Assembly: GCA_013360745.1 (NCBI GenBank)
Contig: JABWBA010000007.1
Coordinates: 2,945 to 66,944 of the forward strand
Direction: 5' to 3'
Origin: Chthonomonadales bacterium
Lineage (GTDB): Bacteria > Armatimonadota > Chthonomonadetes > Chthonomonadales > CAJBBX01
DNA: 64,000 bases
Part shown: positions 18,597 to 30,476 of the stretch, piece after piece
Layout: the number at the start of each line of letters is the position of its first letter
Numbering within the stretch: position 1 is the first letter of the stretch
Program-made: the position numbers and the translations under genes
The notes under the pieces: generated by a model
Databases searched by the model: none
What the model was told of the DNA's origin: nothing
Seen by the model: the letters and a program-made list of their open reading frames with translations, nothing else

Positions 18597-20057
18597 ATGA
18601 TCAGCATCACAGGCCTGGGGCCCGGACGAGCCCCGGGCCTTTCCCTTGGAGCCCACGATCTGCTCCGGTCCGGACGGCGCGTCATCCTGCGGACCGAGCG
18701 CCATCCCGTCGTGCAGGACCTGCGAGGCTGGGGCGTGCGCTTCGAGACCTGCGACGATCTCTACGAATCGGGCGATTCGTTCGACGAGGTTTACGACCGA
18801 ATCGCGGGCCGCGTCCTCGAGGCCGCAGTCGGCGGCGACGTCGTGTTCGGAGTGCCCGGCCACCCTTCGATCGGCGAGGCGGTGGTTCGGCTGATCCTGG
18901 AGCGCGCGGCAGCCGCCTTGATCGACGCCGAGCTCGTCGGCTCGGCCAGTTTCATGGAAGACGCGCTCGGCGCCGCCGGCGGTTCCCTGGAGAGCGCCCT
19001 GCTGATCGTCGATGCGCTGAGCATCGAGACGGTCCCTCTGCCGGGCGATCTCCCTCTCCTCGTCTTTCAGGTCTACGATCGGGCCGCCGCTGCAAGGGTC
19101 AAGCTGGCGCTCATCGATGCCCGTTCCCCGGACCTCGAATGCGTCGTCGTCCGGAGCGGGGGCATTCGTCAGGCCGAGCAGGTCGAGCGGATACCCTTGC
19201 AGCGGCTCGATCGGATCGACGCCGATCACCTGACGACGGTCTATGTGCCCCCGCGAACGGCCGACGCGCCGCGGCGGGAACTGGGCGATCTGGTCGAGGT
19301 GATGCGACGCCTCCGGGCTGAGGACGGATGTCCGTGGGATCGGGAACAGACCCATCGGAGCCTTCGCAAATGGCTCGTCGAAGAGTGCTACGAGGCGATC
19401 GACGCGATCGATCAGGACGACCCCGACGCCCTCTGCGAGGAGCTCGGCGATGTGCTCCTGCAGATCGTCTTCCACGCCCAGATCGGCGCCGAGACGGGCG
19501 CGTTCGGCATCGACGACGTGATCGGTCGGATCGTCGCCAAGCTCATCCGCCGTCATCCGCACGTCTTCGGCGACGGCGTCGCCGATACGCCGGAGGAGGT
19601 GGAACGGCGCTGGGACGCGATCAAGAAGGCCGAGAAGGCGGATCGCCGATCGGCGCTCGACGGCGTACCGGCCTCCCTGCCGGCGCTTCATCGGGCTCAG
19701 GAGCTGGGCAAACGGGCGGCAGCGACGGGTTTCGACTGGGAGCGGGACGCCGATGTGGTCGCCAAGATCCGGGAGGAGACCCGCGAGGTCGAAGCCGCGA
19801 TGGCCTCGGGCGACGGCGACGCAGTCGGTCGCGAGATCGGCGATCTGCTGTTTACGGTCACGAACCTTGCCCGGCGTCTGGGCGTCGATTCCGAAGAGGC
19901 GCTTCGGTCGATGCTCGCCCGCTTCACGGCTCGCTTTCATCGGATCGAGGCGGAGGCGGCGGCCCGCGGCGTGACCCTATCCGAGATGACGCTGGCGGAA
20001 ATGAACGCCGTCTGGGATCGGGCAAAACGGGAGGGGACGACGTTCGACGTGGCGTAG
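18597..20057 (+). CDS. YabN-type fusion: tetrapyrrole-methylase-fold domain plus MazG nucleoside triphosphate pyrophosphohydrolase
   Basis: The C-terminal half carries tandem MazG blocks (CPWDREQTH, EEC.E..DAI, LCEELGDVLLQ, then a second EE..EV...GDLLF). The N-terminal roughly 220 aa resemble the TP_methylase fold. Confidence 0.85.
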   Translation: MISITGLGPGRAPGLSLGAHDLLRSGRRVILRTERHPVVQDLRGWGVRFETCDDLYESGDSFDEVYDRIAGRVLEAAVGGDVVFGVPGHPSIGEAVVRLILERAAAALIDAELVGSASFMEDALGAAGGSLESALLIVDALSIETVPLPGDLPLLVFQVYDRAAAARVKLALIDARSPDLECVVVRSGGIRQAEQVERIPLQRLDRIDADHLTTVYVPPRTADAPRRELGDLVEVMRRLRAEDGCPWDREQTHRSLRKWLVEECYEAIDAIDQDDPDALCEELGDVLLQIVFHAQIGAETGAFGIDDVIGRIVAKLIRRHPHVFGDGVADTPEEVERRWDAIKKAEKADRRSALDGVPASLPALHRAQELGKRAAATGFDWERDADVVAKIREETREVEAAMASGDGDAVGREIGDLLFTVTNLARRLGVDSEEALRSMLARFTARFHRIEAEAAARGVTLSEMTLAEMNAVWDRAKREGTTFDVA

Positions 20058-20109
20058 TCCCCGATCTCCGGGGTAGCATAGTTCGATTCACCTGCGGAGG
20101 TTGCGCAGC

Positions 20110-21186
20110 ATGCCTGTACGCTGGACGAAACGGCTGATCGCCGACGAGCGGTACGAAGCCGCCGATGTCTTTGACGTGAACGGGGACGGGATCCCGGACA
20201 TCGTCTCCGGCGCGTTCTGGTACGAGGGACCGGACTTCAAGGTCCGTCACTCGATCGGCGAGGTGCAGGCCGTGGGCGAGTACTACGATAGTTTCTGCGC
20301 CATCCCCATGGATGTGGACGGTGACGGCCGGCCCGATATCATTACCGGCAGCTGGTGGGGACCTCTGCGATGGCGACGCAATCCGGGAGAGGCCGGGGCC
20401 GAATGGACCGAGCGCGTCATCGCGGAGTGCGGCAACATCGAGGCCGTGATCACGGCCGATCTCGACGGGGATGGCATGCCGGAGATCCTGCCCAACACCC
20501 CCGGCGGCCCGCTCGTGGCGTATAGGCTTCGTCGGCCGTACCGCCCGGACAGCCCTCCGTTCGAGGCGTTCACGCTCTGGTCAGCGGCGCAGGGCCACGG
20601 CCTCGGCTGCGGCGATATCACCGGCGACGGACGCCTCGACGTAGTCCTCACGGGCGGGTGGTTGGAGAGCCCGGTCGACCCTCTTCGGGGCGAATGGCGG
20701 TTCCATCCGGACTTCAACTTCGGCGCCGCCAGCGTCCCGATCCTCGTCGCGGATGTGAACGGGGACGGCCTGTCCGACATCATCGTCGGCAACGGCCACG
20801 GCTACGGGCTCGATTGGTGGGAGCAAGCCATGGATGGCGCCGGCGCACGATCCTGGCGGCGGCATCCCATCGACCCGTTCTGTTCGCAGTACCACGCAAT
20901 GGAGTGGGTCGACATCGACGGTGACGGTGCGCCCGAGCTCGTGACGGGCAGCCGCTACCGCGCCCATTGCGGGAACGACCCGGGCGAATGGGACGACATC
21001 GGATCATACTATTTCAAATGGAACGGCGAGAGTTTCAGCAAACAGGTCATCGATCACGGCGAGGTCCGGGCCGCCACCGGCCTCGGGATCCGCTTTGCGG
21101 TCGCCGATCTTCGGGGTTCCGGTCGGCTCGACATCGTCGCGCCGGGCAAGGATGGCCTCAATATCTTCTACAATGAAGGTCTCTGA
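20110..21186 (+). CDS. FG-GAP/VCBS repeat protein
   Basis: Repeated D.(N/D)GDG.PD(I/L) calcium-loop motifs: DVNGDGIPDIV, DVDGDGRPDII, DLDGDGMPEIL, DITGDGRLDVV, DVNGDGLSDII, DIDGDGAPELV. Confidence 0.78.
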   Translation: MPVRWTKRLIADERYEAADVFDVNGDGIPDIVSGAFWYEGPDFKVRHSIGEVQAVGEYYDSFCAIPMDVDGDGRPDIITGSWWGPLRWRRNPGEAGAEWTERVIAECGNIEAVITADLDGDGMPEILPNTPGGPLVAYRLRRPYRPDSPPFEAFTLWSAAQGHGLGCGDITGDGRLDVVLTGGWLESPVDPLRGEWRFHPDFNFGAASVPILVADVNGDGLSDIIVGNGHGYGLDWWEQAMDGAGARSWRRHPIDPFCSQYHAMEWVDIDGDGAPELVTGSRYRAHCGNDPGEWDDIGSYYFKWNGESFSKQVIDHGEVRAATGLGIRFAVADLRGSGRLDIVAPGKDGLNIFYNEGL

Positions 21187-21241
21187 GGACCGCCAGGCCT
21201 GCCGCAAAGGCCTGATCCCATACCATTGGAGGCGTTTGCCT

Positions 21242-21826
21242 GTGCCACGATTTCAGGCTCTTTCGTACGTGCTCGTCCTCTTCGGCGCCCTGCTCGGCGC
21301 GGGGGGCTGTTCTCGTAGCGGACCGGCCTCTTCGACGGCTCCTCCGCCTGAAGGCAAGGGTTTCCAGCTCGTCAGCGCCGCCTTCAAGGATGGCGATTCG
21401 GTCCCCTCACGCTATATCAACGACGGCGATGATCGATCGCCCCCGTTGACGTGGTACAACGCCCCGAAGGGAACGCGGGCGTTCGCCCTGATCTGCTTCG
21501 ATCCGGACGCTCCCGGCAAGGGGTTTACCCACTGGGTGTTGTACGACATTCCCGGGACGACGAGCTCATTGCCCGAAGGGATCTCGCGGGACGAGGCCGA
21601 GACGAAGTACGGAATCCAGGGGTCCAACGACTTCGGCAGGTTGGGGTACATCGGCCCATCGCCTCCGGCAGGCTCCCGGCATGCCTATCACTTCACACTG
21701 TACGCCCTTGATACGCCCACCGGCCTGAAGTCCGGGGCCACGCGAGGCGATGTGGACGCGGCCATGGCAGGTCACATTCTGGCTCAGGCCGTGCTCAAAG
21801 GGACCTGCCTTCGGCCAAAGCCATAG
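21242..21826 (+). CDS. YbhB/YbcL (PEBP, Raf-kinase-inhibitor-like) family protein, probable lipoprotein
   Basis: PPLTW, CFDPDAP, THWVLYDIP, GYIGPSPP and HAYHFTLYAL blocks. The GTG at 21242 lies 9 nt after a GGAGG. Leader is PRFQALSYVLVLFGALLGAGGC. Confidence 0.85.
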   Translation: MPRFQALSYVLVLFGALLGAGGCSRSGPASSTAPPPEGKGFQLVSAAFKDGDSVPSRYINDGDDRSPPLTWYNAPKGTRAFALICFDPDAPGKGFTHWVLYDIPGTTSSLPEGISRDEAETKYGIQGSNDFGRLGYIGPSPPAGSRHAYHFTLYALDTPTGLKSGATRGDVDAAMAGHILAQAVLKGTCLRPKP

Positions 21827-21975
21827 CATTGGATGCCTCCGGCCCGCTGCGATGCCTGACCAGAGAACGGACGTAAGGGCGTCGGCGTCCTGATGATCGG
21901 AGAGGAGCGGCGGAGGCAGTTTCGGCCGATGGCGCACCATCGAGGTGGGTCGCAGGATAGGAGGAGAGAGAGGGG

Positions 21976-23274
21976 ATGCTGGACATACGCCTGATACGGG
22001 AGCAGCCCGAGACGGTCAGAGAAGGATTGACACGGGTTGGAGCGGATCCCAGCATGGTGGATCAAGCGCTCGCCCTGGACGGGCGTCGGCGGGAGCTCGA
22101 TACCGAGGCGGCCTCGCTGCGCGCCGAGCGCAACGCCGGCTCGAAGCGAATCGGGGGGATCAAGGATCCGGCGGAACGGGACGCGTACAGGGCCGAGATG
22201 CGGGCGCTGGGCGATCGGATCGGGGAGATCGAGAAGGCCCTGACCGGCGTGGAGGAGGATCAGCGACAGCTGCTCCTGACGATCCCCAATCTGCCCCTGC
22301 CCGAAGTCCCGTACGGCGTCGATGATCGGGAGAACGTCGTCGTACGGACCGTCGGCGAGCCTCGCACCTTCGACTTCGAGCCGAAGCCGCACTGGGAGAT
22401 CGGCGCCCAGCTCGACATCCTCGATATCGAGCGGGGGGTCAAGCTCAGCGGCTCCCGCTTCTACGTCCTCAAAGGCGCGGGCGCCGCGCTGCAGCGGGCC
22501 CTGATCGCCCTGATGCTCGACCTGCACACCGGTCAACACGGCTATACGGAGATCTATCCCCCGGCCGTGGTGCGGGAGGAGTGCCTGGTGGGAACGGGCA
22601 ACCTCCCCAAGTTCGGCGACAACCTCTATCGGGACATCGAGGACGATCTCTGGCTGGCGCCGACCGCAGAGGTGCCGGTGACCAACCTCCATCGGGAGGA
22701 GATACTGGACGGGGCGCAGCTGCCGATCCGCTATGTGGCCTACTCGCCCTGCTTTCGCCGCGAGCGGATGTCCGCCGGACGCGACGTACGGGGGATCAAG
22801 CGGGGCCACCAGTTCGATAAGGTCGAGATGGTGAAGCTCTGCACGCCCGAGACCTCCCGGGAGGAGCTCGACAGCCTGGTGAACGATGCCGAGGACGTCT
22901 GTCGGGCGCTGGCGATCCCGTACCGCGTGGTGCAGATGTGCACGGGGGACCTCTCCTTCGTGGCGGCCATCAAGTTCGATCTCGAACTCTGGGCTCCGGC
23001 CTGCGGGCCCGAGGGCGGCGAATGGCTGGAGGTCTCCTCCTGCGCCTGCTTTACCGACTTTCAAGCGCGACGCGCATCGATCCGGTACCGGCCCGAACCG
23101 GGAGCGAAACCGGCCTTCGTCCACACCCTCAACGGCTCCGGCCTGGCCCTGCCCCGGACGCTCATCGCGGTTCTGGAGAACTACCAGAACGAAGATGGGA
23201 GCGTGACCATACCCGGGGCGCTCCGTCCCTATATGGGAGGCCGCGAGCGGATCACCCGGGCGGAGGCCCTCTAG
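21976..23274 (+). CDS. serS: serine--tRNA ligase
   Basis: 432 aa. An N-terminal coiled-coil arm (MLDIRLIRE...) is followed by a class II core (FYVLKG, TAEVP, CFRRE, HQFDKVE, GSGLA.PR). Confidence 0.97.
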   Translation: MLDIRLIREQPETVREGLTRVGADPSMVDQALALDGRRRELDTEAASLRAERNAGSKRIGGIKDPAERDAYRAEMRALGDRIGEIEKALTGVEEDQRQLLLTIPNLPLPEVPYGVDDRENVVVRTVGEPRTFDFEPKPHWEIGAQLDILDIERGVKLSGSRFYVLKGAGAALQRALIALMLDLHTGQHGYTEIYPPAVVREECLVGTGNLPKFGDNLYRDIEDDLWLAPTAEVPVTNLHREEILDGAQLPIRYVAYSPCFRRERMSAGRDVRGIKRGHQFDKVEMVKLCTPETSREELDSLVNDAEDVCRALAIPYRVVQMCTGDLSFVAAIKFDLELWAPACGPEGGEWLEVSSCACFTDFQARRASIRYRPEPGAKPAFVHTLNGSGLALPRTLIAVLENYQNEDGSVTIPGALRPYMGGRERITRAEAL

Positions 23275-23307
23275 GACGCACCAAACACCGATAGGGAGGA
23301 AACACAC

Positions 23308-24131
<824 letters not shown>

Positions 24132-24147
<16 letters not shown>

Positions 24148-25082
24148 TCCCGGGCCGGCGCAGCCCCTTTCGACGCCTTTGCGCCGGCAACACGTGCCGT
24201 CTTCTCGGCGGCCAGAAGGGCTGCCAGCCCGCTCCCGCCGGACGGGATCAGCGTGAGATCCGGTGAGGAACGGAGCAGGTTCTCGGCCTCCAGGACTTCG
24301 AAGAGGGCCGTTGCGATCTCCGGATCCTTCGCGATCTCGTTGAGCGCTTCGCCGACGATCTGAGGACGCATGGCTGCGGCCCGGGCAAACTCCACCGCAG
24401 CCTGGCTCTCGGCCGTGCTCCGGATGATGCTCACCTGATTGGCCCCGTCCTGGCGAATCGCCGACGTCACCTGACGAAGGCGGTTGACGACCTTCTCCTC
24501 GATCTGTCGAATCATCCCCTCGTCCCGGAAATGGACCTTGCGGATATAGACCGACCCCAGCAGATAGCCCCATTCGGAGGACTTGGGCGAGACTTCGCCC
24601 CGGACGGCCCGGCTCATGACATGCCGGGTTTCGAGCATCTCGGCCAGCGGCATGTTGCTGAGGCATCGAACCGTCGAGTTGCTCACATTCGCCCGGAGCG
24701 ATCCCCGGGGATCGTTGTTGCGGAAGAGATAGGCCACGGGATCGCTGATGTACATCTCATACCAGACCCCGATCCCCATGGGTGCGCCCTCCTCCGAGTT
24801 CACCGGTGCGCTTCGGAGGTATTCCTGATCCATCCGCATATCCAGGACATGGCGTTGACCGAACCAGTTCACCAGAATCGCCCTCCACCCCATCTCGAGC
24901 CAGAGGAGGTGCAGGCCGGGCTCCTCGAGAACGCCCACCACGCTGCCGAAGAGGACGTAGACGTGCCGCGTCCCCTCCTTGACGATGGCGTACATGCCGA
25001 AGCTCCGAACGAACCATCCGAGGATGGGGACGATGACGAACAGAAGTCCGAAGGTGATGATGGCCGCTTGAACCGTGCTCAT
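24132..25082 (-). CDS. SPFH/band-7 domain membrane protein (second of a pair)
   Basis: N-terminal TM segment IITFGLLFVIVPILGW, then an SPFH-like core. Its start overlaps the stop of the upstream SPFH gene (ATGA, 25079-25082). Confidence 0.75.
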
Positions 25083-26062
25083 CGATCCGCCTCCATGATG
25101 ACCCGATTGGCCCGGGTGAAGAGCTTCAGCCGCACGTTGCGCACATAGGCGGCGAGCGCATCGGGACCGACCTGCTTCAGCGTCCGGAGCTGCTCAGCAA
25201 GGGCCTTCAACGGCTCGACCTCGGCGCGGGCATCGAGCGTTTCGATCTCAACGGCCCGCTTCGATTGGACGATGCGCTGATCCGCGGCCGCCTGAGCAAG
25301 GCTGATCTCCGACGAGACCTGATTATGGGCGGTATTGATGGCCGCCAGGGCCGATTCGACCTCTTCCGGAGGGTCGATGCCGGTGATCAGCGAGGCGTCG
25401 AACGCGATACCGTATCGCGCCTCGGCGCTGCGGCACTCCGACTCCATATGCTCGTTGATATCACGCAGGTTCTTGCGCAGGTCGTTGATCGAGATGCCCG
25501 CGTTGGCCGCGACCGCCTGTTCGATTCCCTCCGCAGCGCTGCGTGGCGCTTCGTAGTTGGCGATCCGCTCCCGAAGGAGGGAAACGAAGTAGCCCATAAC
25601 GTGGACGATGGGGTTCTTGACGCCGAAGAGGTACGCGTACAGGTTCCGCTCTGAGACCCGAAAACGGATCTGGCCGGTCAGGCGCACGTTCAGCTGGTCC
25701 TTGGTGACCGCCTCGAGCTCCGTACCGTTGTTGTTGGCGGTCGGCACCTCGAGGTCCTGAGCCATGTTGAGGGTCTGAACGGCGATGGACACCTTGTGCA
25801 CCTTCTCCCACGGCCATCGCCAGTAGGGCCCGCCCGGCTTGATCACCCGGACGAGAGGGTATGCATAGCGGGGCTTCTCATCACCTTCGAGGACCTCCGA
25901 GATCGGATCGTCCATCGTCGTGCTGTTCTTGATCCGGTCGGCCCGGCCAAAACGGGTCTTCACCGCGCGCTCATTCGGTCCGACGGTATAGAGCCCGGCA
26001 AGGCCGTAGCGCACGAAAAACCAGACAATAAACCCGATCAACGCTCCGGAGAACGTCTCCAT
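25079..26062 (-). CDS. SPFH/band-7 domain membrane protein (first of a pair, HflK/C-like arrangement)
   Basis: N-terminal TM segment ALIGFIVWFFVRYGLAGLY, then V.PNERAV..RFG and a coiled-coil-rich C-terminus. Confidence 0.75.
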   Translation of the reverse strand: METFSGALIGFIVWFFVRYGLAGLYTVGPNERAVKTRFGRADRIKNSTTMDDPISEVLEGDEKPRYAYPLVRVIKPGGPYWRWPWEKVHKVSIAVQTLNMAQDLEVPTANNNGTELEAVTKDQLNVRLTGQIRFRVSERNLYAYLFGVKNPIVHVMGYFVSLLRERIANYEAPRSAAEGIEQAVAANAGISINDLRKNLRDINEHMESECRSAEARYGIAFDASLITGIDPPEEVESALAAINTAHNQVSSEISLAQAAADQRIVQSKRAVEIETLDARAEVEPLKALAEQLRTLKQVGPDALAAYVRNVRLKLFTRANRVIMEADR

Positions 26063-26294
26063 AAGCTGCTCCTTCCAAAGGATTCGGGCAATACGCCCGG
26101 AGGGCGGCCGGAGATTCGGCTCGAACCCGTATCATGGACGTAAACCGGGGCTGCTGCGCTTCACCGACCCCGAAGGCTCCACCGATCGGCTTGGCGGGGC
26201 GGGGGCGGCGAAGATATCGGTCCGACCGATCGCCGAAGTATAATGACTCGACGACAGGCGATCCTGTCCTCAGATCCCGCTCTGGAGATTCTGA

Positions 26295-27404
26295 TTGACC
26301 GTTCCGCTGGCGGACCTCATCGCTCAGTATGAGAGCATTCGGGATGAGATCGACGCCGCTATACGCGAGGTGTTGCTCTCGGGCCACTTTATCCTCGGAC
26401 CCTTTGTGGAGGAGCTCGAAGGAGGGATCGCCGCCTTTACCGGCTCCGACCATGCCATCGGCGTGAACTCCGGCACCGATGCCCTGATCCTTGCCCTTGC
26501 GGCCTGCGGCATCGGCCCGGGCGACGAGGTGATCACTCCCCCCTTTACGTTCGTGGCCACCATCGAAGCCGTCGCCCACCTCGGCGCCACCCCGGTGTTC
26601 GCCGATATCGACCCGAGGACGTTCCTCATGGACCCCGCGGCTGCCGCGGCTCGGATAACGTCAAAGACGCGCGCGCTGCTCCCGGTCGACCTCTTCGGCC
26701 AGACGGCCGACCGGCAAGCCTATGCCGAACTCGCGGCTCGACACGGCCTGAAACTCATCTATGACGGCGCTCAGGCCATCGGCGCGACGTACTCGGGAGC
26801 TCCGATCGGAGCGTTCGGCGACGCGACGACGCTCTCGTTCTTCCCGACAAAGAACCTGGGAGCCTACGGCGACGGCGGCATGACGCTGACCAACGACGAA
26901 ACGCTGCGGGATCGAGTGCGGAGCCTCCGCTTCCACGGCAGCGGCGGCGCCTACGAGTATTCGCACGTCGGGTATTGCAGCCGGCTCGACGCCGTACAGG
27001 CGGCCGTCCTCCGGGTGAAGCTCCGGTATCTGCCCGAATGGAATCGGGCGCGGCGCCGGCACGCCGAGCTCTACGCGACAGGCCTGGCGAAGACACGATG
27101 CGTCCTCCCAGCTGAGGCTCCGGCCGCCCATCACGTGTACCATCAGTACACGGTACGCCATCCGGAACGGGACCGATTGAGAACGCATCTTGCGGAGGCC
27201 GATGTGCAGTCCGGCATCTACTACCCGTCGCCGCTCCACATCCAGAAGGCATACGCCCACCTCGGCTACCAACCCGGGGACTTCCCCGAAGCCGAACGCG
27301 CATGCCGCGAGGTGCTCTCGCTGCCGGTTCATCCGGGCCTGACCGACGAACAGATCCATCACGTCTGCCGCACGATCGAGGAGTTCGACCATGACCGCGC
27401 ATGA
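26295..27404 (+). CDS. DegT/DnrJ/EryC1/StrS family sugar aminotransferase
   Basis: FILGP..EE.E, ITPPFTF.AT and the PLP-lysine block SFFPTKNLGAYGDGG. TTG start per the ORF track. Confidence 0.9.
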   Translation: MTVPLADLIAQYESIRDEIDAAIREVLLSGHFILGPFVEELEGGIAAFTGSDHAIGVNSGTDALILALAACGIGPGDEVITPPFTFVATIEAVAHLGATPVFADIDPRTFLMDPAAAAARITSKTRALLPVDLFGQTADRQAYAELAARHGLKLIYDGAQAIGATYSGAPIGAFGDATTLSFFPTKNLGAYGDGGMTLTNDETLRDRVRSLRFHGSGGAYEYSHVGYCSRLDAVQAAVLRVKLRYLPEWNRARRRHAELYATGLAKTRCVLPAEAPAAHHVYHQYTVRHPERDRLRTHLAEADVQSGIYYPSPLHIQKAYAHLGYQPGDFPEAERACREVLSLPVHPGLTDEQIHHVCRTIEEFDHDRA

Positions 27405-27458
27405 TCGGAAGCCCGCGCTCCGAAACGCACGACATCGTTCCGAGAACGGACTCGGGCG

Positions 27459-28511
27459 ATGAAAGCCATGATCCTGGCGGCCGGAGTCGGATCCCGGCTC
27501 CACCCGCTGACCAAGACGCTGCCCAAGCCCCTCGTGCCCATCGTCAATCGCCCGGTCATGGAGCATATCGTCGCCCTGCTCCGCAAACACGGCTTCACGG
27601 ACATCATCGTCAACCTCCACTACCTCGGCGACCAGATCCAGGAGTATTTCGGCGACGGCAGCCGATTCGGCGTGAAGATCCAATATTCGGTCGAGGATCA
27701 GCTCTGGGGCGATGCGGGCAGCGTGAAGCGGTGTGAGGATTTCTTCGAGAACGAGACCTTCCTGGTCATCGGCGGCGACGACCTGACGGACCTCGATCTG
27801 ACGCGGTTCCTCGAGAACCACCGACAAAAGCGGGCGCTTGCCTCGATCGCGCTCTCGCTGGTGGATGACCCTGCGGAGTACGGGATCGTGCTCACCACCG
27901 ATGACGACCGGATCACCCGATTCGTCGAGAAGCCCCGGGGCGCGGTGTTCATCTCCAACACGGCCAATACGGGCGTCTACATCTTCGAGCCGGAAGCCCT
28001 GGAACTCATCCCGCGAGGCGTTCCCTATCTGTTCGGCAAGACGTTCTTTCCGATGATGCTGGAACAGAAGCGGCCCATCTACGGTTATCTGACGGCGAAC
28101 TACTGGATGGATGTGGGCAATCTCGCCATGTACCAGAAGGCGCACCTCGACGCGATGTCGGATCGGGTCGCGCTCGAAGTCGGGGCGCCGGAGAGGCGGA
28201 AGTTCCAGTGGATCGCCGACAGTGCGATCATCGAGCCGGGCGCCGATATCCGCTATCCCGTCGTGATCGGCGAGGACTGCCATGTCCATGCGGGGGCCAC
28301 GGTGCATGAGAACACCGTCCTCGGCCCGCGCTGCATCATCCAGCCGGGGGCCATCGTCCGCGAATCGATCCTGTGGGCGGACGCCCACGTACAGGAAGAC
28401 ACGCGGTTATCCGGCTGCGTTGTGGGCCGCGGCTGCCGCGTGAAGTCCAACGCCGCCATCTTCGATGGCGTCATCGTCGACCTCAGCAGCGCCACCGATA
28501 ACGGGTTGTAG
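27459..28511 (+). CDS. NDP-sugar pyrophosphorylase (nucleotidyltransferase plus left-handed beta-helix C-terminus)
   Basis: MKAMILAAGVGSRLHPLTKTLPKPLVPI (G-x-G-x-R-L signature), GGDDLTD, and a hexapeptide-repeat-like C-terminus. Confidence 0.85.
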   Translation: MKAMILAAGVGSRLHPLTKTLPKPLVPIVNRPVMEHIVALLRKHGFTDIIVNLHYLGDQIQEYFGDGSRFGVKIQYSVEDQLWGDAGSVKRCEDFFENETFLVIGGDDLTDLDLTRFLENHRQKRALASIALSLVDDPAEYGIVLTTDDDRITRFVEKPRGAVFISNTANTGVYIFEPEALELIPRGVPYLFGKTFFPMMLEQKRPIYGYLTANYWMDVGNLAMYQKAHLDAMSDRVALEVGAPERRKFQWIADSAIIEPGADIRYPVVIGEDCHVHAGATVHENTVLGPRCIIQPGAIVRESILWADAHVQEDTRLSGCVVGRGCRVKSNAAIFDGVIVDLSSATDNGL

Positions 28512-28516
28512 CGGCG

Positions 28517-29575
28517 ATGGCGCTCTTCGACAAAGGGACGTATACGCGCGAGGAGCTTCTGCAGCGCGTCGGAAGCATGGAGCAGCTGGCGCGGGTGAAA
28601 CTCCATCGTCTGGCCGAAGGGCACGAGGACGGAGCGCTCGCGGCGGATGTCACCAACAGCTCCGGGTTCGCGTTCACAGCGGTCGCCTCCCGAGGCCTCG
28701 ACATCTCGACCGCCACCTACAAGGGGCACGCCCTTGCCTGGCGATCCGCGCAGACCGATCGGCATCCCGCCCACTATGAACCCTCCGGGCTGGGGTGGCT
28801 TCGAAGCTTCCCCGGCGGGCTGCTGACCACCTGCGGCCTGACCTGGATGGGCGCTCCGGATATCGACGACGGCGTGGAACTCGGGCTGCACGGACGCTAC
28901 AGCAACACGCCGGCGACGAGTGTATGCAGCCGGGCGCAATGGGTGAACGATGACTACGTTCTCAGCCTGGAGGGGGAGGTTCGGGAGGCCGTCGTGTTCG
29001 GGTCCAACGTCGTCCTCCGCCGACGGATCGAGACCACGCTCGGCAGGCCGGGCTTCACCCTGCGGGATACGGTGACCAACGAGGGTTTCGAGACTGCGCC
29101 TCACATGCTCCTGTACCACATCAACCTCGGCTACCCTCTGGTGGACGTCGGGGCGCGGGTGATCCTTCCGGCGGCCCGTACAACGCCCCGCGACGCCGAC
29201 GCGGAGGAGGGCGCCGAGCGATGGCCCGAGATCGAGCCTCCCGTTGCGGGCTGCAGGGAGAAGGTCTACTTCCATACGCTGGATGAGGATAGCGACGGAT
29301 GGGCGCGCGCGGCGCTGGTCAACCCGGGTCTCGCCGACGGTGTGGCCCTCTCGATCCGATACAGGCCCGAGGAGCTGCCCTGCTTCGTGCAGTGGAAGAT
29401 GATGGGCGCCGGGACGTATGTCGTGGGCCTCGAACCGGCCAATGCGCTGGTCCTCGGGCGTTCGGCCGAGCGGTCGGCGGGCAGGCTCCAGAGTCTCGAG
29501 CCGGACGAGACGCGGCGCTACCACCTCGAGATCGACGTCCTCGAAGGTCCGGATGCCCTCGCACTGATGCCCTGA
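28517..29575 (+). CDS. aldose-1-epimerase-fold protein (DUF4432-like)
   Basis: YTREELLQRVG...Q.A.V....L..G...G......N..G..F....SRGLDIS...YKG..LAW, the typical N-terminal pattern of this family. It begins 6 nt after the upstream gene. Confidence 0.65.
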   Translation: MALFDKGTYTREELLQRVGSMEQLARVKLHRLAEGHEDGALAADVTNSSGFAFTAVASRGLDISTATYKGHALAWRSAQTDRHPAHYEPSGLGWLRSFPGGLLTTCGLTWMGAPDIDDGVELGLHGRYSNTPATSVCSRAQWVNDDYVLSLEGEVREAVVFGSNVVLRRRIETTLGRPGFTLRDTVTNEGFETAPHMLLYHINLGYPLVDVGARVILPAARTTPRDADAEEGAERWPEIEPPVAGCREKVYFHTLDEDSDGWARAALVNPGLADGVALSIRYRPEELPCFVQWKMMGAGTYVVGLEPANALVLGRSAERSAGRLQSLEPDETRRYHLEIDVLEGPDALALMP

Positions 29576-29605
29576 TGCGTCGCGAGGACGGGCGCGTGAG
29601 CTTCT

Positions 29606-30367
29606 ATGGCCGATAGCGGCGATCCTCGCGCCAGCATCCCGCGGCACGACCTCCTTGGGGTTTGCGTGGACGCCGTCACGATGGACGCGGCGCTCGATAC
29701 GATCGAGGCGTCCGCCCGTAACGGCGTTGGCTGTCATGTCATCACCCTCGATGCCTCGATGGTCGTGTTGGCCAGTCGCGATCCGGAGCTCCGACGGATC
29801 ATCCAGGAAGCGGGCCTCATCACCCCGGACAGTTCCGGTGTGCTCTGGGCCGCCCGCCGCCAGGGCATCCGGCTGCCCGAGCGGGTCTCGGGAGTGGAGA
29901 TCGTCGCACGCCTGGCCGAGCGGTCCGCGAGGTCCGGAGTCGGCCTCTACTTCCTCGGCGCCGCTCCCGGAGTGGCCGAGGAGGCGGCCGATCGTCTGGT
30001 CCGCCAGTGGCCGGGGTGCAGGATCGTCGGTTTCCGGGACGGATATTTCGCCCCCGAGGACGAGCCCCGGGTCGTCGACGCCGTCCGACGCGCGGCTCCG
30101 GGTGTCCTCTGCGTCGGCATGGGCATCCCGCGACAGGAGAAGTGGATTGCGCGATGGGGCGGGGAGCTGGGGGCGCCGGTGATGATCGGCGTGGGGGGTA
30201 CCTTCGACGTCCTCTCCGGCCGGGTCCAGCGTGCGCCCGCCTGGATGCAGCGGCAGGGCCTCGAATGGATCCATCGCCTGGTCCGCAACCCGAGGAAGAT
30301 CACCAAGGTGATGACCCTGCCCCGTTTCGTCCTGATGGCCCTGAGCGCCCGACGGCCGGAGCCTTGA
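29606..30367 (+). CDS. WecB/TagA/CpsF family glycosyltransferase
   Basis: 253 aa with GV.VDAVTMD.A...IE, PDSSGV.WA, YFLGA.PGV and G.P.QE.W blocks. Confidence 0.85.
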   Translation: MADSGDPRASIPRHDLLGVCVDAVTMDAALDTIEASARNGVGCHVITLDASMVVLASRDPELRRIIQEAGLITPDSSGVLWAARRQGIRLPERVSGVEIVARLAERSARSGVGLYFLGAAPGVAEEAADRLVRQWPGCRIVGFRDGYFAPEDEPRVVDAVRRAAPGVLCVGMGIPRQEKWIARWGGELGAPVMIGVGGTFDVLSGRVQRAPAWMQRQGLEWIHRLVRNPRKITKVMTLPRFVLMALSARRPEP

Positions 30368-30476
30368 ACGGCGATGCCGCCAAACGGCCCGAACACGCAG
30401 GAGAACGACGCGCTGGTCTCGAACCGGCATCTCAATCCGGGTTCGTAGAACGAACCCACGGACAGGAGCGAACAAC

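Noticed and set aside
21827-21975. Possible T-box or riboswitch leaders upstream of serS (21827-21975), metG (54621-54788) and the transsulfuration gene (14719-14770)
   Set aside because: No specifier-loop or T-box sequence, no SAM-riboswitch-like conserved helices and no terminator/antiterminator pairs were visible. The gap upstream of the transsulfuration gene is only 52 nt.
26239-26244. TATAAT hexamer upstream of the DegT gene as a promoter -10 element
   Set aside because: No acceptable -35 element lies at 16-18 nt spacing, so a single hexamer is too weak to annotate.
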